A stretch of 64,000 nt of DNA from an uncultured Bacilli bacterium (GTDB lineage: Bacteria; Bacillota_I; Bacilli_A; RF39; UBA660). Numbering within the stretch: the stretch's first letter is position 1; every line of letters begins with the position of its first letter. Position numbers and translations under genes: made by a program. The notes beneath the pieces were generated by a model. That model had not been told where the DNA came from. It saw nothing but the letters and a program-made list of their open reading frames with translations, and ran no database searches. The stretch spans positions 775 to 64,774 of the forward strand of contig CANRPY010000004.1 of NCBI GenBank assembly GCA_947632595.1, read 5' to 3'. Of the stretch, positions 45,180-53,361 are shown one piece after another.

Positions 45180-45254
45180 AAGTAGCAAATGCTACTTTTT
45201 TTCTTTGTTATTTTATTGTATAATATTAATATATTTATAGAAAGAGGGAGATTT

Positions 45255-46439
45255 ATGAAGATCATATCTATTAATGCAGGAAGCAGTTCGCTTAAATTTA
45301 GTTTGTTTGATATGAATGATGAGAGTGTGTTAGTGTCTGGTACTTTTGAAAGAATTGGATCTGATGGTAGTAATTATACGATTAAATTAAAGGGACAAAA
45401 AATTACAGAGGAAGTTGTTTTACAAAATCATACAGATGCTGTTCATATTTTATTAGATAAATTAATTGCTTTGGAAGTGATTCGTTCTTTTGATGAAATT
45501 CAAGGCGTTGGTCATAGAATTGTTCATGGTGGTAGTAAATATTCTCAATCTGTATTTATTACAGATAGTGTTATTTCTGATATTGAAGAATTTAAGGAAT
45601 TTGCTCCTCTTCATAATCCTGCTCATTTACTTGGAATTCGTGCTTTTAAAGAAGTTTTACCAGATGTTCCTATGGTAGCGGTATTTGATACTGCTTTTCA
45701 TCAAACGATGAAGGAAGAAACTTATTTATATCCTGTTCCTTATCGTTGGTATCAAGATTATGGTGTTCGTAAATATGGAGCTCATGGAACGAGTCATCGT
45801 TATATTACAGATTCTGTTAAAGATATCTTGGGAAGAGAAGATTTTAAATTAATTAGTTGTCATATTGGAAATGGTGGTTCTATTACAGCGGTTTCTAATA
45901 TGGAGTGTGTAGATACTAGTATGGGATTTACTCCTTTAGCCGGTATTATGATGGGAACACGATCTGGAGATATTGATCCTTCTATTATTCCTTATGTAAT
46001 GGAAAAAGAGGGGAAGAATGCTGGAGAAATTATTGATGATTTAAATAAAAACAGTGGTGTCTATGGCTTAAGTGAGTATAGTCATGATTTAAGAGATATT
46101 GTAGAACAATGTGAACAAGGAAATGAAAAAGCTATTTTAGCGAAAAAGAAATATGTTCAAAGAATCGTTGATTATATTGCTCAATACTATGTTTTACTTG
46201 GTGGATGTGATGTGATTGTCTTTACTGCTGGAGTAGGAGAGAATAATTCTGTGATTCGTGGAGAAATTTGTGAGAAGCTTGCTCCTCTTGGAGTAAAGAT
46301 AGATGCTTCTAAAAATAAGATTCGTGGAGAAGTAACTTTGCTTAGTACAGAGGATTCTAAAATCTCTGTTTATGTCATACCAACAGATGAAGAATTAATG
46401 ATTGCTAGAGACACATATCATTTAATTAAGAATAGATAG
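45255..46439 (+). CDS. ackA: acetate kinase paralog (copy 2)
   Basis: The ATG at 45255 follows GAGGGAG. It carries INAGSSSLKF, GHRIVHGG, HGTSH, GTRSG, TAGVGEN and PTDEELMI. By eye it is roughly 55-60% identical to copy 1. Confidence 0.9.
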   Translation: MKIISINAGSSSLKFSLFDMNDESVLVSGTFERIGSDGSNYTIKLKGQKITEEVVLQNHTDAVHILLDKLIALEVIRSFDEIQGVGHRIVHGGSKYSQSVFITDSVISDIEEFKEFAPLHNPAHLLGIRAFKEVLPDVPMVAVFDTAFHQTMKEETYLYPVPYRWYQDYGVRKYGAHGTSHRYITDSVKDILGREDFKLISCHIGNGGSITAVSNMECVDTSMGFTPLAGIMMGTRSGDIDPSIIPYVMEKEGKNAGEIIDDLNKNSGVYGLSEYSHDLRDIVEQCEQGNEKAILAKKKYVQRIVDYIAQYYVLLGGCDVIVFTAGVGENNSVIRGEICEKLAPLGVKIDASKNKIRGEVTLLSTEDSKISVYVIPTDEELMIARDTYHLIKNR

Positions 46440-46449
46440 GAAATGGTTC

Positions 46450-47388
46450 ATGTATAATGATGTTGTAAATAAAATTAAAGAATATGATACAATAGTTATT
46501 GCAAGGCATATTGGGGTAGATCCTGATGCTCTATGTAGTCAACTTGCTTTAAGAGATTCTATTCGTCTTACGTTTCCTGAAAAGAAAGTTTTGGCAATTG
46601 GGACGGGGAGTAGTAAATTTTTAAATTTTGGTAAGCTTGATAAAATAGAGAATGTTTCTCGTGCATTGCTTATTGTTACGGATACTCCTGATCAGAAAAG
46701 AGTCGATAGTCTTAATTTTTCTTGGGGAGATTATAGGATTAAGATTGATCATCATCCCTTTGTAGAGAAGTATTGTGATCTTGAATGGATAGATGATAGT
46801 CGTTCTTCTACAAGTGAGATGATTTTAAATCTTATTTTCTCTACCGAGTTATGTTGTGATGCCTCTATTGCAGAACTTCTTTATATGGGAATTGTATCTG
46901 ACTCTAATCGCTTTTTATTTAATAGTTGTGATTCTTATACTTTTCAAGCAGTATCTAAACTTTTAGAAGCTTATCCTATTGATTTAGGAAAGACTTATGA
47001 GAAACTCTATTTACGACCAATGAATGAAGTTCGACTAGAAGGGTATATTTCTCTTCATATGGAGATTACGGAACATCACTTGGGATATGTTGTTATCTCA
47101 GATGAAGTCATTTCTGAATTTGGTGTTGATAGTGCTTCTGCAGGAAATATGATTAATGATTTTAATTATATTAAAGAGGTTCTTGTTTGGGCAACGATTA
47201 CAGAAGATAAGAAAAATGATCAGTATCGTGTATCGATTCGTTCTCGAGGACCTGAAATTAATAAAGTTGTTGAAAAATACAATGGTGGTGGGCATAAATA
47301 TGCTTGTGGAGTCCGTACAAAGACATTGGATGAAGCTTTGAACGTGATTCATGATTTGGATTGTTTATTAGAAGAAAATGATTCCTAG
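46450..47388 (+). CDS. nrnA: DHH/DHHA1 phosphoesterase (NrnA-like oligoribonuclease / pAp phosphatase)
   Basis: It carries ARHIGVDPDALCS, VTDT, KIDHHPF (DHH) and GGGHKYACG (DHHA1). Confidence 0.75.
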   Translation: MYNDVVNKIKEYDTIVIARHIGVDPDALCSQLALRDSIRLTFPEKKVLAIGTGSSKFLNFGKLDKIENVSRALLIVTDTPDQKRVDSLNFSWGDYRIKIDHHPFVEKYCDLEWIDDSRSSTSEMILNLIFSTELCCDASIAELLYMGIVSDSNRFLFNSCDSYTFQAVSKLLEAYPIDLGKTYEKLYLRPMNEVRLEGYISLHMEITEHHLGYVVISDEVISEFGVDSASAGNMINDFNYIKEVLVWATITEDKKNDQYRVSIRSRGPEINKVVEKYNGGGHKYACGVRTKTLDEALNVIHDLDCLLEENDS

Positions 47389-47399
47389 AAGGTGATGTT

Positions 47400-47990
47400 A
47401 TGGTAATTAAGGAAGCTAGTCTAGATATTATTGCGACTCGTAGAAGTCAATATCCAGATGATGGGAAACCTGAGTTTTTACTCGTAGGAAGAAGTAATGT
47501 AGGGAAAAGTAGTTTTATTAATTCTATCTTATCTCGTAATAATTTAGCGTATACTTCTTCTAAACCAGGGAAAACGCAGACTCTCAATTTTTATGAAGTG
47601 AATGATACTTTTTACTTAATTGATGCTCCTGGATATGGGTATGCTAGTACCGATAAGAAAACACAAACAAAGTTTGGTATGATGATTGAGGAGTATCTTG
47701 AGAAGAGAGCTGAATTAAAAAGAGTCTTTTTATTGGTAGATTTTCGAATGACACCAACAGAAGATGATTTATTAATGTATAACTTTTTAAAATATTATAA
47801 TCTTCCTGTTACTGTGATTGCGACAAAGGCTGATAAAGTAGGGGGAAGTAAAAAAGAAAAAAGTCTAAAAGATGTTCTTCGTACGATGGATCTTGCGATG
47901 GGGGATGACTTAGTTGTCTTTTCTAGTGTTACCAAGTTAGGAGTAAAAGAGGTTTTACAAAAAATAGAAGATATTTTGAATGAAAAATAG
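47400..47990 (+). CDS. engB: ribosome biogenesis GTPase YsxC/EngB
   Basis: G1 is GRSNVGKSSFIN, G3 is DAPGYG and G4 is TKADK. Confidence 0.9.
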   Translation: MVIKEASLDIIATRRSQYPDDGKPEFLLVGRSNVGKSSFINSILSRNNLAYTSSKPGKTQTLNFYEVNDTFYLIDAPGYGYASTDKKTQTKFGMMIEEYLEKRAELKRVFLLVDFRMTPTEDDLLMYNFLKYYNLPVTVIATKADKVGGSKKEKSLKDVLRTMDLAMGDDLVVFSSVTKLGVKEVLQKIEDILNEK

Positions 47991-47999
47991 TCTTTAGAG

Positions 48000-48719
48000 G
48001 TGAATATCTTGGATTCGAGAAAGAAGTTTTTTATTACATTTTGTTTTATTTTGTTAAATGCCTTTTTAATTGTTGGGTTTTTAGTGATTCGTGATGCGAC
48101 TTCTCTTAATCAATTAAAGAAAGAGATGAATGAATTAACAAAGTTAAATGTTACAACCGATCGTTTCAATCGAAAAATTAAAACAACTGGTGGGTATGCA
48201 GCAGTTGAGATATCTATTAAAGAGTATTTAGATGGGTATGCAGTTGGAGTACAGGATATTAATTCTTTGGTTCATGATCCGCAACTTTCTAAAATCTTAT
48301 CCTATGAGAATTATTTAGAAGATGGACCTGACTTTAAGAATTCTATTGCTTATTTGGAAGAGGCAAAAGAAACATTTAATACAGAAATTGATCAATTATT
48401 AGAAGATTTAGAAGAAGATCATATTATGGAACATATTCATACGAGAACGAATGATACTTATTATGTTTCTTTGTATGAACAACTTATGTTAGACGGAGAA
48501 ATTAATGATGAATTGTATCAGTCTAAAGATCTATTTTCTAAGACCAAGGTTCAGGTAAATTCTATTTATGATACGAGTTTAGCAATTCTCAATTTTTTAA
48601 TTGCTTATGATGGATCTTGGAAATTAGAAGATGGACAGATTAAGTTTGCAAATGATGAATTGTGTCAGTATTATAATAGTTTAATCGCAAAAGTAGAGAC
48701 AAAAAAAGGTGATTCTTAA
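48000..48719 (+). CDS. membrane-anchored protein, unknown function
   Basis: It has an N-terminal TM (FFITFCFILLNAFLIVGFLVI). The start codon is uncertain (GTG 48000 or TTG 48009). Confidence 0.45.
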   Translation: MNILDSRKKFFITFCFILLNAFLIVGFLVIRDATSLNQLKKEMNELTKLNVTTDRFNRKIKTTGGYAAVEISIKEYLDGYAVGVQDINSLVHDPQLSKILSYENYLEDGPDFKNSIAYLEEAKETFNTEIDQLLEDLEEDHIMEHIHTRTNDTYYVSLYEQLMLDGEINDELYQSKDLFSKTKVQVNSIYDTSLAILNFLIAYDGSWKLEDGQIKFANDELCQYYNSLIAKVETKKGDS

Positions 48720-48727
48720 TCACCTTT

Positions 48728-50200
48728 TTATATTACAATTGTAATAATATTATTGGAACCTTTATTAATGACTCTTGTTAGTGTGTTTTGTAGTTTAAAA
48801 CGTATATTTTCGGGCATGAGATTAATCTTTGATTGAATTCCTTCTTGGACGATAGAGTCTAGACTTCTACCAAAGATTTCACTCTTCCAGATTTCTGTTT
48901 TATTCTCTTTATCTTTTGTTAAATAGTCGATTAGTTCTTTACTTTGAAGTTCACTACCGATAATTGGTTCGAAGGTAGATTCTACATCGACTCTTATCAT
49001 ATGAATGGATGGAGCAACGGCTTTTAATTTGATTCCATATCTTGGTCCTTGTTTGATGATTTCTGGTTTTTCTAATTTCATATCTTCTATGGATGGAGTT
49101 GCAATTCCATATCCTGTTTGTTTTACCATATTTAGGGCATATTTTAGACTATCATATTCTTTTTTTGCAACATTGTATTCTTGGAATAGAGAAAGTAAGT
49201 CTGCTTTTGTTTTGATATCTTTTTGGATAAGATCCTGTAGAACTTCATTATATAACGTATTTGGTGCCGTTAAATTGATTGTAATAATTCCTGTTGAAGT
49301 ATCGACATCCGATAGATAACAATTTTCTATATATTCATTTTCTTTAAAGGCTTCTGTTATTTTTTCTACATCTCTTATTTTATCAATTTCTATGACACTG
49401 TTTTTAATGGCTTCTATATAAGAAGTTTTTATTTTATGATCTGGGTTTAATATCGCAATCCATTCTGGCATATTGACTCTTACTTCTAATACCGGAAATT
49501 CGTATAAGGCTTCTCTTAAAATATGATACATATCTTGTTCTGTCATTGATTCAATACTAATAGGTAGGACTGGCACTTTATAGCTTTCTTCGATTTCTTC
49601 TTTTATTTTCTCGGTTTCTGGAAGACTAGGATGAGTAGAATTTAAGATGACAATAAAAGGTTTTCCTAACGTCTTTAATTCTTCAATGACTCTTTTTTCT
49701 GCTTCTACATAATCTTTTCGTTGAAATTCTCCAATGGATGAGTCTGTCGTTACGACAATGCCAATTGTTGAATGTTCTTTGATTACTTTTTCTGTTCCAA
49801 TCTCTGCGGCTTCTGTAAATGGGATTTCTTCGTTGTACCAAGGAGTTTTTACCATTCTTGGTCCATTCTCATCTGTTGCGCCAATTGCATTTTCTATCAT
49901 GTAACCTACGCAATCAATTAATTTAATATTACAGGTGAAGTCATCAATTTTTATTTTTGCGGGAGAGTTTGGAATAAACTTTGGTTCTGTTGTCATAATG
50001 GTTTTTCCAGACGCACTCTGAGGAATCTCATCTAATGTTCTTTTCTTCTCAAATTCATCTTCCATATTGGGTACAATTAGAGTTTCTACCATTTTCTTAA
50101 TAAAGGTAGATTTTCCTGTTCGAACAGCACCTACTACGCCTAAATAAATATCTCCGCCACTACGTTGGGCAATGTTTTTGATTATATCTTTTTTATCCAT
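48728..50200 (-). CDS. spoIVA: stage IV sporulation protein A (spore coat morphogenetic ATPase)
   Basis: It carries the Walker A motif GVVGAVRTGKSTFIKK and resembles SpoIVA over its full ~490 aa. Confidence 0.95.
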   Translation of the reverse strand: MDKKDIIKNIAQRSGGDIYLGVVGAVRTGKSTFIKKMVETLIVPNMEDEFEKKRTLDEIPQSASGKTIMTTEPKFIPNSPAKIKIDDFTCNIKLIDCVGYMIENAIGATDENGPRMVKTPWYNEEIPFTEAAEIGTEKVIKEHSTIGIVVTTDSSIGEFQRKDYVEAEKRVIEELKTLGKPFIVILNSTHPSLPETEKIKEEIEESYKVPVLPISIESMTEQDMYHILREALYEFPVLEVRVNMPEWIAILNPDHKIKTSYIEAIKNSVIEIDKIRDVEKITEAFKENEYIENCYLSDVDTSTGIITINLTAPNTLYNEVLQDLIQKDIKTKADLLSLFQEYNVAKKEYDSLKYALNMVKQTGYGIATPSIEDMKLEKPEIIKQGPRYGIKLKAVAPSIHMIRVDVESTFEPIIGSELQSKELIDYLTKDKENKTEIWKSEIFGRSLDSIVQEGIQSKINLMPENIRFKLQNTLTRVINKGSNNIITIVI

Positions 50201-50261
50201 AATTGATCTCCTTATTCTCTAAACTATATGTTTTTAAAAAGAAAAAAGAACTAAATGTTCT

Positions 50262-51263
50262 TTATTCTATCGTATTTAAGATATAGTTCTCATTAAAGGA
50301 ACAAATATTCTTTTTTGAATTTCTGCTTTCAAATGAGAATTCATAGAGAATATCATTTTTAATCATTGTGTAGATATTTAAGTGATATAGAGAACTAGAA
50401 GAGTAATGTTTTGTCCACTCTAATGTTCCTATTTTTACTTGTTCTTGTTTATATTCTTTATAGGAATCATGGAATGTATTCATTTCTTTATTATATTCTT
50501 CTTCTGTGATGTAGGAGTGGGAAGTACTTACTTTGATATAACAAATTCCTTCTTCGTGAGTATGATCTACATAGAATTGGTAGTTATCAAAATCTGTTTT
50601 TTCTGTTAAATAGGTTGGAATTTTATAGGATAATTCTTCAATTTGTTTTTGATAGGTTTTCTCTTCTTCTTTGATTTCTTCTGTGTCGTTTTGCTTGATG
50701 AGTAGGGCAATTAATCCTACATAAATGACTAGAATAACTCCTATCCATCTTACTTTTAATGGGTTTCCTTTTTTCTTACATAACTCTATTTTTTCCTCTT
50801 CTTCTTTGGTTGGATTATTTTTCTCTATTTGTTCTATTTTTCTTTCTACAATAGAGGGATAGATTTTCGGAAAGATTAGAGCAAGAAGAAATTGAAAGGC
50901 AACTCGGATTAAGATTCCAGCGCTTTCTGGTATATAGAGATAACTATAGATATAGAGAATTAAAATAAAGATTCCAAAGAACCATAGTTTACGATATAGG
51001 AAATAAAAAGGACCAAACAAAAAGGTTGGAATTGAGATAATTTCTTTTTGAATGGTCTTTTTGCTTTCTCCAAGATAGGCATTTTTATAAGTGCTTTTAT
51101 TCACTTTCTTTTTTGGAGTTTTACTTTCTTCCTTATTGTTTGTCTCTTCCTTTGGTGGTTCTTCTAATTCTAATATTTCAATTTCTTCTGTTTGTTCTTT
51201 TGGATTAGAAGAGGGATTTGTGAATTCGAACTTATTCCAATTGTTTTGAGACTTTGGATCCAT
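50262..51263 (-). CDS. membrane protein with DUF2628-like TM region and a C-terminal soluble domain, unknown function
   Basis: The acidic N-terminus is followed by IPTFLFGPFYFLYRKLWFFGIFILILY (DUF2628-like), a third TM and a ~130-aa C-terminal domain. Confidence 0.5.
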   Translation of the reverse strand: MDPKSQNNWNKFEFTNPSSNPKEQTEEIEILELEEPPKEETNNKEESKTPKKKVNKSTYKNAYLGESKKTIQKEIISIPTFLFGPFYFLYRKLWFFGIFILILYIYSYLYIPESAGILIRVAFQFLLALIFPKIYPSIVERKIEQIEKNNPTKEEEEKIELCKKKGNPLKVRWIGVILVIYVGLIALLIKQNDTEEIKEEEKTYQKQIEELSYKIPTYLTEKTDFDNYQFYVDHTHEEGICYIKVSTSHSYITEEEYNKEMNTFHDSYKEYKQEQVKIGTLEWTKHYSSSSLYHLNIYTMIKNDILYEFSFESRNSKKNICSFNENYILNTIE

Positions 51264-51268
51264 TCTTA

Positions 51269-52774
51269 TTATCCTCTTTTGCGAACAATTTGCTTCATAA
51301 TTAAATTAATTGTAAGTTCATCCGTTCCTCTTTCTAAAATCCATTTGATATCTTCTGCGGTAATCTCTACAAAGATTTCTTTATTTACTAAGATCTTATG
51401 TGGCTCTTCTAAATAGAAACCTAAATCTTCAATTGTTTTTTGACTAACAAATAAGCGTCCATTATGATTGCATATGATTACATTATATTCTTTTGTTTCT
51501 CTTGGGTAGATGCTTGCGACAATAAAGTCTTCTTTGATTCCTGTTAATTCCGTAACGTCTACTTCATAGCATTTTCTATTTAAAACGGTTTTTGTTGTTG
51601 CTTTTGCTTCCATTAAGTTTTCTGGTACATAAAGTTTTCCCGTTCTCTTGTCTCTATAAATGATAGCCTTTTTATGTTTTATGCTTCCTGCAGAAATGTA
51701 TGGCATAATTTTACTTGTTGTATTTGGGATAGGTTGATCTGCTACAGATGGGACTGTATCAATGTATGGCATAACCTTGTCTACTACAGATGGTGCTGTA
51801 TCAATATATGGCATTACCTTATCTACTACAGAAGGAGCTGTATCAATGTATGGCATTACTTTGTCTACTACAGAAGGAGCTGTGTCAATATAAGGCATCA
51901 CTTTGTCTACTACAGAAGGAGCTGTGTCGATATATGGCATCACTTTGTCTGTTACAGAAGGAGCTGTATCAATATATGGCATTACCTTATCTGTTACAGA
52001 TGGTAGATTATCTATATAAGGCATAATCTTATCTGTTACTTTGTATGCGACTACTTCTTTTTTGATGTTTGGTTTTACTAGTTGTTCTACACCACGGTAA
52101 CCAATCTTTTCTTCTATCATTTTTAATTCTTCTTCTGTAATAGAGTAACCATTCTTTTGATTAATAATTTTAGGGGTTCCTTCTATTTTGATTCCTTTTT
52201 TGGTTAATGTGTCATAGGTATCTCTTCTTACATAGTATTTATTTGTATCATAATCATAATAATAAACAAATAGGTATTCTGCTGGTTTTACTTCGTCTGG
52301 AAGAGAAGTTTCGATACATTTTCTTTTTAGACGAATCTTTTCGTTTTTACTAATCTCTTCAATTTTTTCGATGTCTTCTTCTAAAACATTTCCATAGGTT
52401 ACCATATTTAGTGTTCTTTTTGATTGAGGGATAATATTGTATTTTTTGCATAGAGAATCCAAAATATAGTATTTGTTATTATGGTTTGTATCTACATATA
52501 CTGTGAAGGATAAGATTAATTGTAAATCAAAGATTGTGACAATATTTGGAATTAGTCTTGTTCCTTCTTCTTGTGCTTTCTTTTCCATCTCTGCTAGTTC
52601 TAAGTCTTCTACTTTATAGCATGGTTCTTCCTTGATTGTCTTTTCTTCTTCTTTGTTTCCGATTTGGTATTTGCTCGCTAGAACATGTGAAATGTATAGA
52701 CCACTAGCTGTTTTATAGATATTATAGATTTTTTCTTCCATCTTTTTTTCATCCCTTTTTAATTCTTCGTTCAT
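51269..52774 (-). CDS. repeat protein: five degenerate ~50-aa modules interrupted by a 7x14-aa DKVMPYIDTAPSV array, unknown function
   Basis: It is a 501-aa ORF with an AGGGAG RBS and no signal peptide or TM. See the repeat feature and findings. Confidence 0.6.
   Translation of the reverse strand: MNEELKRDEKKMEEKIYNIYKTASGLYISHVLASKYQIGNKEEEKTIKEEPCYKVEDLELAEMEKKAQEEGTRLIPNIVTIFDLQLILSFTVYVDTNHNNKYYILDSLCKKYNIIPQSKRTLNMVTYGNVLEEDIEKIEEISKNEKIRLKRKCIETSLPDEVKPAEYLFVYYYDYDTNKYYVRRDTYDTLTKKGIKIEGTPKIINQKNGYSITEEELKMIEEKIGYRGVEQLVKPNIKKEVVAYKVTDKIMPYIDNLPSVTDKVMPYIDTAPSVTDKVMPYIDTAPSVVDKVMPYIDTAPSVVDKVMPYIDTAPSVVDKVMPYIDTAPSVVDKVMPYIDTVPSVADQPIPNTTSKIMPYISAGSIKHKKAIIYRDKRTGKLYVPENLMEAKATTKTVLNRKCYEVDVTELTGIKEDFIVASIYPRETKEYNVIICNHNGRLFVSQKTIEDLGFYLEEPHKILVNKEIFVEITAEDIKWILERGTDELTINLIMKQIVRKRG
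51744..52037 (-). repeat. seven contiguous in-frame 42-nt tandem repeats encoding [TV]DK[VI]MPYID[TN][AVL]PSV
   Basis: Unit boundaries on the + strand are 51744, 51786, 51828, 51870, 51912, 51954 and 51996, each starting ACAGA[AT]GG. A degenerate eighth copy (SKIMPYISAGS) lies at ~51690-51720. Confidence 0.95.
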
Positions 52775-52804
52775 TTTCTACACTCCCTACTATAGATTAT
52801 TATA

Positions 52805-52834
52805 TAATAAAAAAGACTAAATAAATAGTCTTTT
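52805..52834 (-). terminator. rho-independent terminator after the spoVIF-like gene
   Basis: Hairpin AAAAGACTA-loop-TAGTCTTTT with a T-run on the minus strand. Confidence 0.7.
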
Positions 52835-53071
52835 TTAAAACATTTTATCAATATTTTTTGGAACTTTGTCTTTTAAGATTGTCGATATAATTTTCTCTTC
52901 TTTTTCTTTTGAGACTTCTTTTCCTGTGATTTTACTAAGCTCTTGTATGATTTCGCGAATTGTTTTCTCATCTTTTAGGTTGTTTTGTTGTAGTTTGGAA
53001 GCTAAGGAGAGGATTGTTTCTTTTTTGACATTTGTTTTTTGTTCTATCTTTTGGAATAAGTTATCTTTCAA
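52835..53071 (-). CDS. SpoVIF-like (stage VI sporulation protein F family) small protein
   Basis: MKDNLFQKIEQKTNVKKETILSLASKLQQNNLKDEKTIREIIQELSKITGKEVSKEKEEKIISTI... matches the SpoVIF/YjcC pattern as I recall it (F-x-K-x-E-x-KT-x-V...LA-x-x-LQ...KDE-x-T-[IV]-R). Confidence 0.55.
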   Translation of the reverse strand: MKDNLFQKIEQKTNVKKETILSLASKLQQNNLKDEKTIREIIQELSKITGKEVSKEKEEKIISTILKDKVPKNIDKMF

Positions 53072-53109
53072 AATAAAACCTCCTATATATTATATGTGGA
53101 GGTTTTTCT

Positions 53110-53361
53110 TTATTTTCTTTTTCCTAATTGTTCACATAATTTATTGAAGTCTTCCATACTGATGAGACCTTTTTGTAGGCGGTCTTCTAACATAGCAAAT
53201 GCTTTATCATTCATTTCTTTTTTACTGGTAACATCTGTATGTTGCATGGTGCGGGATTGTTCTAAGATGGTTCTTTTTTCTTCTTTTAGAGGAAGAGGGG
53301 AAGTCTGTTCTTTTAAAAAGGGATTTTTTCCTCCTAGATTTGTGTTTTTTCCAATAATCAT
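53110..53361 (-). CDS. small protein translationally coupled to der, with a SHOCT-like C-terminal helix, unknown function
   Basis: Its start overlaps the der stop by 4 nt (ATGA). The C-terminus is AFAMLEDRLQKGLISMEDFNKLCEQLGKRK. Confidence 0.45.
   Translation of the reverse strand: MIIGKNTNLGGKNPFLKEQTSPLPLKEEKRTILEQSRTMQHTDVTSKKEMNDKAFAMLEDRLQKGLISMEDFNKLCEQLGKRK

Noticed and set aside
45189-45254. The ORF track gives ackA copy 2 an N-terminal extension (MLLFFFVILLYNINIFIERGRF).
   Set aside because: The extension covers the upstream terminator T-run and the promoter region. The ATG at 45255 follows GAGGGAG and aligns with the start of copy 1 (MK..[VI]NAGSSSLKF).
51674-52026. Two + strand ORFs (51674..52006 and 51790..52026) have striking repeats (…CINVWHNL… and …LLQKELYQ…). 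The 42-nt periodic array might also be mistaken for a CRISPR-like array.
   Set aside because: These ORFs are shadow frames of the minus-strand DKVMPYIDTAPSV repeat, which sits inside a long, RBS-preceded ORF. The units are contiguous with no unique spacers between them, so this is not a CRISPR array.
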